Shown: piece by piece, positions 1 through 13,319 of the stretch | How positions within the stretch are numbered: position 1 is the first letter of the stretch | Layout: the number at the start of each line of letters is the position of its first letter | Source: Owenia fusiformis | Lineage: Eukaryota | NCBI GenBank assembly: GCA_903813345.2 | Contig: CAIIXF020000001.1 | Coordinates: 7,068,001-7,132,000, forward strand | Length of the DNA stretch: 64,000 nucleotides | Reading direction: 5' to 3' | Program-made: the position numbers and the translations under genes | Notes under the pieces: generated by a model | What the model was told of the DNA's origin: nothing | Database searches by the model: none | The model's input: only the letters and a program-made list of their open reading frames with translations

Positions 1-358
1 TCTACCGTAAAACTACCGCATTTTTCTAAATCTTCCGCAAAACTACCGCTTTTTTCGAATTTCTACCGTAAAATTACATTATTTTCAAAAATCTACCCCA
101 AACCTCTGAAACTACAGTATTTTTTTAAAATCTACCGCAAAAACTACCGTTTATTTTATAAATCTACCGTAAAAACTACCTTTTTTTAAAAAATCTACCG
201 CAAAAACTACCGTTTTTTCTAAAATCTACCGCAAAAACTACCGCAATTTTGTTGAAAAATACCGCAAAAACTACCGTATTTTGAAAAAATCTATCGCAAA
301 AATACAGCAATTTTAAAAAAATCTACCGCAAAATTTTGGTCTTAGGTTGGCAGGTATG
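1..358. mobile_element. Right end of a TIR element with internal ~31-bp tandem repeats (CTACCGCAAAAACTACCG), cut by the window start
   Basis: About 10 degenerate copies of ctaccgcaaaaactaccg... over 1-332. They end in GTTGGCAGGTATG (reverse complement CATACCTGCCAAC), a CA...TG MITE-type terminus. The other end is outside the window. Confidence 0.55.
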
Positions 359-2559
359 TATGTTTTCCCTGAAACAAAAAGAAACATTCTAAATTAATAA
401 AATCGGAAGCAAAACATGATATTAACCTAACGCTGAGTTGACCTCTACATATAATTGCTATTTAGTGACTACAACTGAAAATCAAATATAATGTATAAGA
501 AGTAAGATCAACTGAATATGTGCAATATAATATAGGTATATGATGCATATATACCTTCTATTGACTCTCTGATGTCATATCAATGACATATTTGTTTGTA
601 ACTTAACTATGTACAGTAATATACAAAACTAAACAAGAACTACCGTAGGCTAAACTATACAAAATACAAAAATACTAGTCAATTGTAAATATGTAGCATG
701 ATAAAATGTAAAGATATGTGACGTATCATCTACACAATGTCAATCCAATTTTTCGAATTACATCTGTGTTTTTTTATGAGACATCATTTTTTTAATACTA
801 CTGATTGCCTAATTGTTAAACAAAAAGTGATCAATGATTTTGTATAGTTGTCCAAAAAGTCTTGAAATTTTTGCTTTAACTTTCTAGATTATTCCTTAAT
901 TCAGCTAAAATTTTGTGTATACTGCAATTGAAGTGTTATCCTACATTAATGTTAAGTCTTAAAATGGTTGCTATAGCAACGCAGGGCCATGGGATGGGCA
1001 GGGCAAACTCAAACTCAGCCATGGTCAAGAAATTGCAAAATGGATGCAATTCTCCAACCTGATAGGACATGTAGGAAGTCATTAGATTCATACTTTACTT
1101 GGACTTACAGCCACACAAACTCATGCTACCATGATGAAATTACTATACACCATGTATTACTTGGTGGTTGAAGGGATTTAAATTGATAATTGGACCTTTA
1201 ATGACAATTCCAAACCAGGGAGGCTAAAAACTCCAAACCTGGGAGGCCAAAGACCCCATGAGTCACGGCTGAAAAAATTGCCTAGACTGGGTAAGAAGCC
1301 ATCAACTGTGCATTACTTGGCAAGGCCAATATTTTGAAATTGTGAATGGGACAATGTGTTTAGTATACATCAACTAAATCTAAAATCTGCTCATAGTAAT
1401 TTACTTTAGTAACTTACTATAAATATATTTATAAGTAATGCATGAATAGGATGTGGCCCTAAATTCAAAATTTTGGATGATTTTATACTCATACTCTTGC
1501 AATGCTCATAAAAATAAAACCATGCAGTGTAATTCCTTCAAACTTTAAAAAGTGAACAAAAAATGTTCAAAGCTCGTCCATGTGAAATATGAGGCCAAAA
1601 GAATAAAAATTGATAATATGAGAGCAACAATTTCAAAACTTTTTGGACAACCCTCGTACACTTTAGAATATTTTTCAATCTAATTATTCCAGTGACAAAT
1701 GCAATTGATCTGATTTGAGAACCCATACTGTTATGACATGACCCATTCATTAACCTGTATATAATGTACTGATTATAAAAATCAATGTTCTCTCATTGTA
1801 TTGAATAATTCTACATGTGAATATAGTGAAACATGACAATAAATAGAGGTCCTTGACACTGCTAGTTCAGAATACAGTTTTCTATATAAGGAGGTAGTCT
1901 CACAAACAGGTGGGAAGAACAGATGCAGAGAAAAAATTTCTTCAAACTTAAAGATTTTGAAGATCAAGTTAACAGTTTTGATTTTGTCAATTACAATGGA
2001 AATGGAAAAATATTTGGTTCTTTTGAAAAGCATTCCTTGTTCATAGGTTTTCCCTACAGAGAGGTATTCCATCGGACAGGTTTTGGATAAATGTGGATCC
2101 TGTATCTTTCTAAAGAAGAAGAAGAAGTATGTTTACTGATTCATGAACGATTGTAGATGTGAATTGGTTGTTGGACCTGTAGTGGACATTTCTATAAGAA
2201 ATTTTCTCCTCCCATTGACTCCCATGTTAAAAAACCTTGAAATGTGAACACCTCCCAATTTGAACAATGAACAGTCATATTTGAAAAAATAATCCTGTCT
2301 AATCTAAAAACCTTTCATAAAATATTACATGTTTCATACAAAATTGTTCAAATATTTAAAAGTTAAACACTGATTTGTCATGATATCAAAACTTTTAGAG
2401 AAATCTTGAATGGTCTCAATCTCAATAGGGCTTTCTAAAAAGACTAAGTTCATTTGAATTGAATTTTCAAATTACTGGTATGCGATGTGGTAAAAAAAAC
2501 TATAGATATTTATTGAGAATTAGTTCACATTTCTTCAAAATCCAGAATGTTGCGAATGC

Positions 2560-2641
2560 AAAAACCTTGAAATGTAAACACCTCCTAATCTGAATGCTTT
2601 TAGCCGGTCCCAATCGTGTTCGGATTAGACAGGTTTTACTG
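2560..2641 (-). mobile_element. Tc1/pogo-like MITE end fragment
   Basis: The reverse complement begins CAGTAAAACCTGTCTAATCCG. A diverged copy in the opposite orientation lies at 29165-29245 (cagtaccacgtctaatcc...atttcaaggttttt). Confidence 0.45.
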
Positions 2642-4099
2642 TTACTGTATATTTTTGTGGTGAAACTTGCTTTTTTAATAATCATAAGGAACAACATTTT
2701 ATTTTTATCTGAAAATTGGAATCTTTTGCTGATAAATAAATTTTCAAACACACAATATGGTACCTATGTTTTCCAATTAAACATCTCCACATGTTTCATG
2801 AATTTTAGGAAATCATTGACTTGAGTATTGTTTCGTTGATTTGCTGACTGTAACATTTGTCCATATATCATTTTTGGACTTTTTGATAATATTGGAAATG
2901 TTGAAGTTGTTTCTCATGGAAAAGTAAAATACTAATTGGAATTATAATATTTTTTCATGCTTTATATTCAAAAAGTTAAAATCAATTTTTATTACCTTGT
3001 TATATGATAATACAATGCAATGTAAGCTACCAGTAGAATATCAAGTCTGGATTTGTGACTACACATGCACATTATCCAATCAGAACACAATATAACCATG
3101 CATAGTTTATTTAGTCTAATGAGACAATACAATGCATGGATGGCTCTTGAACAGTTGGCAAAGCTTGCAAAAATTATACCAGTTGATCAATGAAATTATT
3201 CAAAATATTTTATCAGATATCATTTATTGATTACTTCTTGACATGCTTATAAATCCTTTATGTAAATTGCAAGTGTTTTGATCAATTTCTGATAAAAACA
3301 GAATCATATTTCAAAACACTGTATAAAGCCCAAATCTTCTATAATCAATACGGATGTTAAAATGATGTTAAGCCGCCATTGAAACTGATTTTATGTAACA
3401 CTTGTTTCATTCTATGCTAGCTTTCACACTCGGTTTTCAGTCTAGGGTTAAGGCTGCATACTACTCAACTAGCACATGGTATTCTTTGTTAATTTTAAGG
3501 GAGTTATTTGAAAACAAGATTCAGTTGATACACAATTTGAAAGTACGCTTGGTATGAGAAATTGAGAGTTGATTGCATGTCTCTACAATTTCCCATTTGA
3601 TGTGTTTGATTCCTTTTATTTTAAAAAACGATATACCTGGTACATAGTATATAAATCATTTACCCATTATGTACTTCCCATTATTACTCATATATGGTAT
3701 ATATTTCAATGTATTATCACATGCCTTACTGCATTGGCAACATGCACTTCAATGATTGCCATGAGTTTAGTGTATTCCTTAACAGCTTCAATGGTGTTGA
3801 TCTGTTTACATCAATAGCTCTATGTATTTGTTCCATATTAGCTTCATGCAGGATAATGCATTAGCTCAAGATTATTCAATGTATTTTTTTTCATATGTGA
3901 TTTATTTCATAGTAAAATAGAATTATAACATACACATGTTGCGGCTTTGCAATGGAGCATTATAAGCCACAATTGAATAATAACAAGATTTAAAAAAGTA
4001 AGTATGACAATGAATTTGCAATAAACAAAAGAATAATTGTGTACAAAGTTATACAGTTGGTGGTGGAAGAAATACTTACACGCTTGCACACCTTTGAAT

Positions 4100-6172
4100 A
4101 ATGTATTTGCATCCCTTGTTCTATATTAGCTTCATGCAGGATAATGCATTAGCTCAATATTATCCAATGTATTGGCATCTCTTGTTCTATATTAGCTTCA
4201 TGCAGGATAATGCATTAGGTCAATATTATCCAATGTATTGGCATCCCTTGTTCTATATTAGCTTCATGCAGGATAATGCATTAGCTCAATATTATCCAAT
4301 GTATTGGCATCTCTTGTTCTATATTAGCTTCATGCAGGATAATGCATTAGCTCAATATTATCCAATGTATTGGCATCCCTTGTTCTATATTAGCTTCATG
4401 CAGGATAATGCATTAGCTCAATATTATCCAATGTATTGGCATCTCTTGTTCTATATTAGCTTCATGCAGGATAATGCATTAGCTCAATATTATCCAATGT
4501 ATTGGCATCCCTTGTTATCGCACTTTGAAAAAGTGCTATATTGTCGTCGTCTTGTGCTGTTGGGCGGGCGTGCGGTTGTGCGGGCGTGCGGGCGGCACAT
4601 AAACCAAATCTTGTCATCAAATTTCCAGGATAACTGCTTACCTGTTCAACTTGAAATTTTTACAGATGCAAGAGCAGACTAGTACCAAGATCTGATTAGG
4701 TTAAGGGCATGCTGGGTAAACTACGTGGCGGCCATTTTGAATTTTTCAACAAATCTTGTCATCAAAATTCCAGGAAAACCACTTATCCATTCCACTTGAA
4801 ATTTTTACAGATGCAAGAACAGACTATTGTCAAGATCTGATTAGGTTTTGGGTATGCTGGCTGAATTATATGGTGGCCATTTTGAATTTTTCTATTTGGC
4901 GGCCATTTTGAATTTTTCAACTTGCTCCAAATTGACCAAATTTTTTTTTAAAAACATCTACAAGTTCTCAGAAGTTCAAATCTGACCTTAGATTTCAGAT
5001 TTGACCTTTCATCCACCTTCAGTGACCTTGAAAAGGTCAAAAAAGTTGATTTTCTAAATTGATATTTTGGATTTAAATTTAGGTCAGCTTAATTACAAAA
5101 CACCTACTGAGGTCTGAAAAAGTGAAATTTTCAAGGTCGAAGGTCAAGGTCATTAAACTAGGTCACAAATGATGTTATCCAAGTTTCTCAAAGTTTGAGA
5201 CTACAAATCAATTCTTGTCATCAAAATTCCAAGAAAACCGCTAACCTGTTCAACTTGAAATTTTTACACATGCAATAGCAGACTAGTGCCAAGATCTGAT
5301 TAGGTTTAGGGCATGCTGGGTAAACTACGTGGTGGCCATTTTGAATTTTTCAACAAATCTTGTAATCAAAATTCCAGGAAAACCACTTATCCGTTCAACT
5401 TGAAATTTTTACAGATGCAAGAGCAGACTATTGCCAAGATCTGATTAGGTTTTGGGTATGCTGGCTGAATAACATGGTGGCCATTTTGAATTTTTCAATT
5501 TGCCGGCCATTTTGAATTTTTCAACTTGCTCCAAATTGACCAAATTTTTTTTTTAAAAACATCTACAAGTTCTCAGAAGTTCAAATCTGACCTTAGATTT
5601 CAGATTGGACCTTTCGTTGACCTTCAGTGACCTTTAAAAGGTCAAAAATTTGATTTTCTAAATTGATATTTTGGATTTAAATTTAGGTCAGCTTAATTAC
5701 AAAACACCTACTGAGGTCTGAAAAAGTGAAATTTTCAAGGTCGAAGGTCATCAAATAAGGTCACAAACAATGTTATCTAAATTTTCCCAAAGTTCAAGAC
5801 TACAAATAAATTCTTGTCATCAAAATTGCAGGAAAACCGCTAACCTTGTCAACTTGAAATGTTTACAGATGCAAGAGCAGACTAGTGCCAAGGTCTGATT
5901 AGGTTTTGGCCATGCTGGGTAAATTGCATGGTGGCCAGTTTGCTCTTCAAAGTGCGATATTTATCACTGTGTGTCTTGTTCTATATTAGCTTCATGCAGG
6001 ATAATGCATTAGCTCAATATTATCCAATGTATTGGCATCTCTTGTTCTATATTAGCTTCATGCAGGATAATGCATTAGCTCAATATTATCCAATGTATTG
6101 GCATCCCTTGTTCTATATAAGCTTCATGCAGGATAATGCATTAGCTCAATATTATCCAATGCATTTGCACCC
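4100..6172. repeat. 66-bp minisatellite (132-bp dimeric higher-order unit), split by an insertion at 4517-5980
   Basis: Unit aatgtattggcatc(c/t)cttgttctatattagcttcatgcaggataatgcattagctcaatattatcc, about 6.3 copies before and 3 after the insertion. The CCC and CTC variants alternate. A partial solo copy sits near 3825-3885. Confidence 0.95.
4517..5980 (+). mobile_element. Helentron-associated non-autonomous element (HINE/DINE-1/Pearl-like) with central ~600-bp tandem repeat
   Basis: 5' subterminal ATCGCACTTTGAA with a nearby short inverted copy (aagtgctat), then a GGGC/GCGT tetranucleotide tract (4562-4596). It holds about 2.2 copies of a ~600-bp unit (4609, 5212, 5811), each with two ~146-bp subunits. 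The 3' inverted copy TTCAAAGTGCGAT is at 5946-5958 and the element ends CTTGTT. Confidence 0.8.
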
Positions 6173-6789
6173 CTGACTTCAGTGGCACCTGGCACAGATG
6201 GTACCATGCAATTGCAATATGTTAGGTGGGGAGAAGATGAAATTATAGAAAGATGCAATAGGAAACATGATACAGGTCTGGCAAGTGTGTTGTATATGTC
6301 CAATGTATGAGTTGTTGCATTAACTATTCCAAAGATTATAGCCAAGTCAGCAGTTTTAGTACTAGGTTCTAGGCAGTAGGTTATAAATAGAAGAAAAGTA
6401 ACATTTAGTACAAACATTGAGCACAACAAACAAGTATGAATCAACATATACAATACAAGATAAAATATAATTTCTTATATATATATAGATAGATTACATT
6501 TACATATGATAAGCAGCTACAATTAAAATACAATTACTTTTTTAGGATTAAGATTCATAGATAAACTACTACATAACAAACAATGTACAGCAAAACATGT
6601 CTTAAGCAAATACAGATGGGACCAGCTAAAAATATTCACTGAGAGAGTGTCTGCAGTCTGCATGAGGAAGTTCACTTAATGTACATAAAGGGACGGAAAA
6701 AGCCTGTTCAACATTTAGCATTTCTTTAGAAAGGTTTTACTCTAAATTTATTACCAATAAATATATGTACTATCAATGAATGTATTGTA

Positions 6790-7011
6790 AACAGCGGATT
6801 ATATAAAAATGGACTGTAACAAATACCCGGATTTGTTGGTTTTCAAAAAAAATTATTTTTTGATATCACTTTTTATGCCTGGCATAAAAAGTGATGTCCC
6901 ATTTTATGCTGAGCATAAAAAGTGATATCTCATTTTATGCTGGCATAAAAAGTGAAATCCCATTTTATGTTACAGTATTTGTTACAGTCCATTTTTATAT
7001 AATCCGCTGTT
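6790..7011. mobile_element. MITE with ~37-bp perfect TIR and probable 4-bp TSD (TGTA)
   Basis: AACAGCGGATTATATAAAAATGGACTGTAACAAATAC and its exact reverse complement. TGTA flanks both sides (6786-89, 7012-15). The interior has repeated ttttatgctggcataaaaagtgat palindromes. Confidence 0.85.
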
Positions 7012-10000
7012 TGTATTATCTGAAACAAAAGCATTAAATATTTAGCAGTTGATATAATATGTAGGATACTTCTATATGCATACATGTATATGATAAATGT
7101 TTAAGAGAGCCTAGATATCTAATCCATGTAATCAACAGGGTCAAAGGGGTGAATGTTTGGGAGGAGAGATTTGTTCATGATTGTAATTGATCCAATCCTT
7201 CTCTTTAACATTGTATTCTTACATGTTTTCTCTTCTCATAATAATAAATTAAAATACTGTGCAAAAGCAGAGGGGTGAAAGTGGATGCATGGGTAGAATA
7301 GGAATGATATGAACTACAAAAATCTGAATTAAGGATAGCCATTTCTCTTTCCCCTTTTGTTAAATATGAAATGTTTACTAATTACAACCCAAAGGGCAAC
7401 ATAAAATATATGAATATTATCTGTAAGTTGATGACATATTACATTGACTATATAGGCTAAATTCACCAGATTACTTCAAAAGAGTTATTTGCTATATGCC
7501 TCATTAATGTTATATAAGTGTGATATCTCCATCTCTTTATTTCTTTTTTATTAACCAACATTCAAGATCAGCAAGTTCTCCCCTGATTTACTACTGTATA
7601 TTAGTACATTCTGTGATAAGAACCTGTTATGTATTATCAGGTTATTATCATAATTTCAGTGATTGATGATGTTTTGTGGAGGAAAATGATGAGACTTATT
7701 GGTTACTGTTGTTGATAAGTGAAGTGTTATGAAATGATATTTTAGATTATTCCTGACACTATATCCTATACTTGATAAGATAACCGGTGAGGATAACCCA
7801 AATGTTAACAACTCCAATCGATCAATTAATCAGCCAATGTTATGCATTTATATGTTCATACTTCAAGGTAGTTATATACCTGGAGGCATAAACATTACTT
7901 TTAGATAAATTTTATATAACCGTGTATTAAAATGTTCCTTACATCAATGCATTTGATAATCAACCTAAAATCAAAAAGTAAGTTTCATGATGACACTCAG
8001 GAAATGCAGGAAAGGAAACGGCCATGACATTTTATTTCAAAATGGTGGATAGTAAGTGAAGATTCAACATTGAATTAAAATGCTTTGCCATGAGCATTCA
8101 GCTTTGAAATTATTATTGTATCAATTACAGTATAAATATATAAGCGCAAATGCCAAAGGGAAGGGTGGCTAAAAACTTTAAAGAAATCCAACAAGAAAAG
8201 CAAACTGTAAGTGTAAATCTGTCATAAGAAAAGTAGACATAACATAGACACTCTACAAAAGGTAACATCCATTACCTTTTAATACTGACCAGTGATTTTG
8301 TCTCAAAGCAAGAAAACATTTTCATCCCTGATGGTGTTATATAAGAGAGTAAGGGATCACGAAAGCCCATGATGAAACTGACCAAAGCATTGTTTTATTG
8401 TATGAGAATTTGAAGGATTGCGGATGCTCCACAAACATGACAAATGAGAGTCAACTAGAATTGAGGTGTAAGGTATCTGCAAAACTGTAAGTTAATATTT
8501 TGTTTTTCTCTCATTATTGGATTGATGTAATATCTTTGCAATTATCTATGTTACATTTCAATATGGGGATAGATCTATACTCCCTCAGTATAGTTTTTTG
8601 AGATACATGTACATATATTGAAAACTGATACTATGATGATAATACTGAATTCTGATTTTTTCAGAAAGATGATTGTTTCCTTTCCATGCTTACAAGAATG
8701 ATGAACTATCCACAAAGAATTACAGCAAGAATTATGGACTTTTTAATGATTTTGTATGACATATACCAACTTATGTTTTTAGCCCACACCGAGTAGCTAA
8801 AACAGATAGTGTTATCCAAATTACATTAAATCTCACTGGATTAAGCTAATCCAAAATATCTATTAGCAGAAATAGAGATGTAAATCTCAGGGCTATACCC
8901 TGTCTATATGAGCACATACCATTACGTTAAACACATATTAGGAATGCTTGATTAGCCTCTTCACCAATAACCAACTATTGCCTCTAAATCAAATAATGCT
9001 ATCTCCCAATCAGTAAATCAAACATGTCAATAGACATATAACAAGATTATACAGTATGGTAAGTCAAATCGAGATGCTTGATACAAGCACCGATTTTGCA
9101 GAGCGCTAAAACATATATTATTTTAACCTTGGGAATTGTAAAATCCAAATGCTAGTAGTGTGAATAGACATTTTCCAATGAGAAGCATCCAACTTACATA
9201 TGTAAGACACCTGTTGAAACATCCATCACTTTTGAGAAATGCAGCAATAAATATTTTATTTATCTAGAATATTGTACATGTTCATGTTCTGATCAATATT
9301 ATCTGGTGGATATTGTTTTATTGTAGTAATAAAGCTTGCATGTACATATATACCATTATACCATGTAAATGGTTGTTATGAGAATATGGTACAAGTCACA
9401 GAGGACAGATTTGCATTAATTGACTGTATATGGTATAATCACAAAATATGCAATTTCATTTTATAGCATAATCACCAGTACAATGGTTAAAAATTTCTTC
9501 ACTTCTATATTTACTAGATTATTTATTTAATCAATATCATATTTAACCTTTGTGTATAATATGCAAAAGTATTATGAATAAAGAAGATTAGAGAAGTGGA
9601 ATATCATTATAAAATTCAAGAAAATAATAAACTCAATTGAGATCATATTTAACTCTTACATAAACCACATTTCATTTTGGCAAATTTTTAAATCAAAGAA
9701 AATATTAAAACAATAAGTAAATTGTATTTCTCTAAAGCAAAAACCCTAAGCAGACCTAGAATAATAAACCTGTCACTTGGTTTCATATGATATTCTTTAA
9801 TCTAAAGTAAGTAACAGCTGCACTTCATGCATGCACTAAAGCATAAACATATCCAATAATACCAACCTCAACCATCAGGTAACAAATCAATCATAGTCTA
9901 ACTGCATATAGCAAAATACATAAACGAAGCAAACCCTTACGTTAATGGCATGGTTGTCATGTTCCCTGACATAATTTCATCATTTGACATACATCAAGAG

Positions 10001-12487
10001 CAATAGCAGTCACACTTGGGAGTACTAAGAATTATATTTGGAATCATTGAATGCAATATGCCAGAAGGAGAGTATTGGGTTCCATGACCGTGCCAAGAAT
10101 GGTAAGGGGGATAAAAGATTATGTAGCGCCAATGTGGTAGTTTGGGTTATGTGAAGTAACAGGTTGCCAGCTTTTACTGCAAATGTAATTTAAATGCTGA
10201 AGAACAACATCAAAATAATCTACTTTAGCGTCAAATAGCCATCTACTTGTACTGACAATTTCAATAAAAAGAAGACTAAGTGGCCCGTCTAAGTTTTGAA
10301 ATATTTTGATGTTGTCTTCAAATAAATGGGTTGAGAAAATGAAGTAGTTAGTTAAGGGTTTTATGCTGCCACCCTTTTTCAGAATCCTCTTAACATTCAC
10401 AATCTTGTAGATGATAAAAGGGTCCACATGGCCAGAGAACCAATCCAGATTCAAAAATTGTCTCTCATGTTTCCATTTGCATGTTTAAGAGACTGGCCTT
10501 GTTTCTAAGAGCCTTTTAGTCTGAATATGATTGCATCAGTTTGGTGTATTGATTTCATATATTTGGCTTGCTCTGAAACAAATTAAGACTAGACTAAATT
10601 GCTCATTGTTCCTTGATAAACTATGTTCCAGTAGCTTCAAATGGTTCAATATATCAGCCTAAAGGGGAATGAGCTCTGAAAATTACAACATGGAAACAAA
10701 ATAAAGATTCTGAATTGTTGCAGTATGGATTGGATTTGGTGGATGGCCTAAAGTGGCAAAATGTTAGCCAATTAGAACAAAGGGTAACATCACATGACCC
10801 TACCTGACCAAGAATTCGCCAACATCTATTCCGACAAGTCTCTCCCTCAAAAATAGAAAACAACAGGTTAGATAATAGAAAGTCAAATAAAATATGAAAA
10901 TTAGTTAGTTGCTGCACAATACTCATTTGCTTTAGAAATTAATAGTCCCTGGAGAAAATTCATGATATTGATTGTTTGAAACATGTATAAATTAATGCCC
11001 TTTGTGCCTTTCTATTGCAGTTGAAATTTACCCTAGGAACATGTTTTACCAAAGTAAAAAAATTCCCATGAGAAGCAACTCTGGACCTGAGATGATGATA
11101 TTATATTCAAGTTCTTTTCTCTTCATTTCAATCAGAAAATCAACTAATATATGTACATTGTATATTATATTCAAGTTATTTTCTCTTCATTTCAAGGAAA
11201 TTCATACAAGGGTTTCCGAAACACAATCACAAAACCTCAATGTTTTCAAACACATTCAAAGTATATCCATGGGAAGGCCATGGTACTAGTATATCCCAAT
11301 AAGTCAATATCATTATTTAAATAAATCGTTGTGCCTGATTTTGTGGCAGTGTGACACCTATGTGGCACCTGCATTCATTATGGTATATCTCATATCTAAA
11401 GGCTATTCATGCATCATTGGCTACTGACAATGATAAATTAAGTACCTGCGTTTATGCAATCATTTTTGTTAAATCTTCTCCAGCAAAACCTGATTTTAGT
11501 ATTCTACCCCACAGTTTGGAAAGGATAAAGAAGTAATTTATCAAATTAAATCAACAAGACTAAATAAGTTTCAATTGAATTTGCATCATCTGAAATCTGT
11601 TTTCCTGACTTAGTCTGTAATATTAAACCTTTTTGTGGTTAATACTATCATACAGAGACAAATAATCAGTACTGTTTTTATCTTAATACTGATGATGCCT
11701 AGCGCTATGTTACTAATAATATTAGTGTTATTAAAAAAAATCTAATATGGTATTATATTTTATTCTTATTTATAGTCAAAGTCCTCCAAACAGATTGAAT
11801 CAGAAACACTAGTTGCACAATTTGAAAAACAAAAAGCCAGTAAAGTACAATAAAAATAGTTATGTACAATATAAAAAATTGATTAAACCTAGAGAGTCTC
11901 TAACAAAAGTATTGATTCTGTTTTGAATCCACCTGACTTAATAAATTAGTCTGCTACCATTACAAAGACACAAGTCCTCATCAAAATGACTAAGATGCCC
12001 CTAGTGACCACTCAAGGAAGATATACGCACCAATCACTGTGAACTGTAATGCTGAAGATACATCTAAATGCACCCTTGCATAAGGAGCATAATTGTTATG
12101 TAAATTTTCTTTTCTAGAGGTTCATTTTCTGCTTGCCCACTGCAGATAGGATTAATCGAACAATTAATGAATTTGCCCATTGTCAACCAAAACATTATTT
12201 ATGATGGTAATAAGTAGTTTAAGCATATGTGTTTGTTGAGGTACGCAAGAATGAAACTTCAATGAAAATCATGTACAAGTGTTGTCCTAAACTAATTGTT
12301 TTCAATTGAAGTTTCTATTATTAAAACAAGAGATTTTCTCATAGCAATATTGATACATAATCTTAATTGATATGCAGATATATGATTGGAGTAGGTCAGG
12401 GTACTGATTATTAGGTACCCAAAAAGAATTTAGCCAACATATACATTACAAATTTTTTACATGTGTGAACTTGTAAACCTCCATTAT

Positions 12488-13319
12488 CACAGACTGGTAT
12501 CGAAAGATTTGTCCGCTGTGACGGAGCATGCTATTTTTCATAAAAACACTAAGAATGCTTCACGATTTATTTTTTAACTCATATGTTTCGTTTTATCAAA
12601 TATTATTACTTACTCCATGCAATGGATATATCATTTGCGTGTAACCTTCACTTCTGTTTGAAGTCCAATAACGCTAGGAGTAAAATCTATTGAAAACGGC
12701 GCCAGAGTATCAAACTCTAAAATGTGCCATTTCTTTTTTACCTTTTTAATGGCATGATATAGTGACACAATAATATTAACATATGTTTTAAGCATAACTC
12801 TGAATGTATTAATGAGATATTAATGCATTGGGTCTTTTTAGTTTTTTTAATAAAAAATAATATTAATATTTTTTGTCCGCTGTGACGGAGCATTTTCACA
12901 GTTCATATTTGCAACTCCTCCGTCACAGCGGACAAAAAAATTAAACATTATTTTTTACAAACGAATTAAAAAGACCAAATACATCAACATCTCATTAATA
13001 CCTTCATAGTTATGCTGAAACCATGTGTAAATATTATCGTGTCACTATATCGTGCCATTAGAAAGTTAAACAAGAAATGGTACATTTTGAAGTATGATAC
13101 TCCGGCGCCATTTTCAATAGCTTTTCTTCCCAGTGTAATTGGACTTCAAACAGAAGTGAAAGTTACCCGCAAATGATATATCCATTGCATGGCGTAAGTA
13201 ATTTTGTATGGTATAACGAAACATATGAGTTAGAAAATAAATCGTGAAGTATTCTTAGTGTTTTTATGAAAAATAGCATGCTCCGTCACAGCGGACAAAT
13301 ATTTCGATACCAGCCTGTG
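12488..13319. mobile_element. Foldback non-autonomous DNA transposon (family A), CACAG...CTGTG ends, 5-bp TSD ATTAT
   Basis: Inverted arms of ~400 bp start CACAG(A/G)CTGGTATCGAAA. ATTAT is at 12483-87 and 13320-24. The motif GTCCGCTGTGACGGAG occurs near both ends and on both sides of the centre. Confidence 0.92.

Noticed and set aside
1890-2160. Purine-rich, coding-looking stretch (RWEEQMQRKNFFKLKDFEDQ...)
   Set aside because: It has in-frame stops, no recognisable family and no convincing splice sites. A tBLASTx search would be needed.
4101-4682. 193-aa ORF and other periodic ORFs (5928, 22085, 23420, 23451, 61428, 61450, 61755)
   Set aside because: They are by-products of minisatellite units with lengths divisible by 3, with no domain or splice support.
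10119-10454. 111-aa minus ORF with GPLSLLFIEIV, faintly like a LINE RT motif
   Set aside because: No other RT motifs (e.g. YADD, KAFD) are present, so it is too weak to call.
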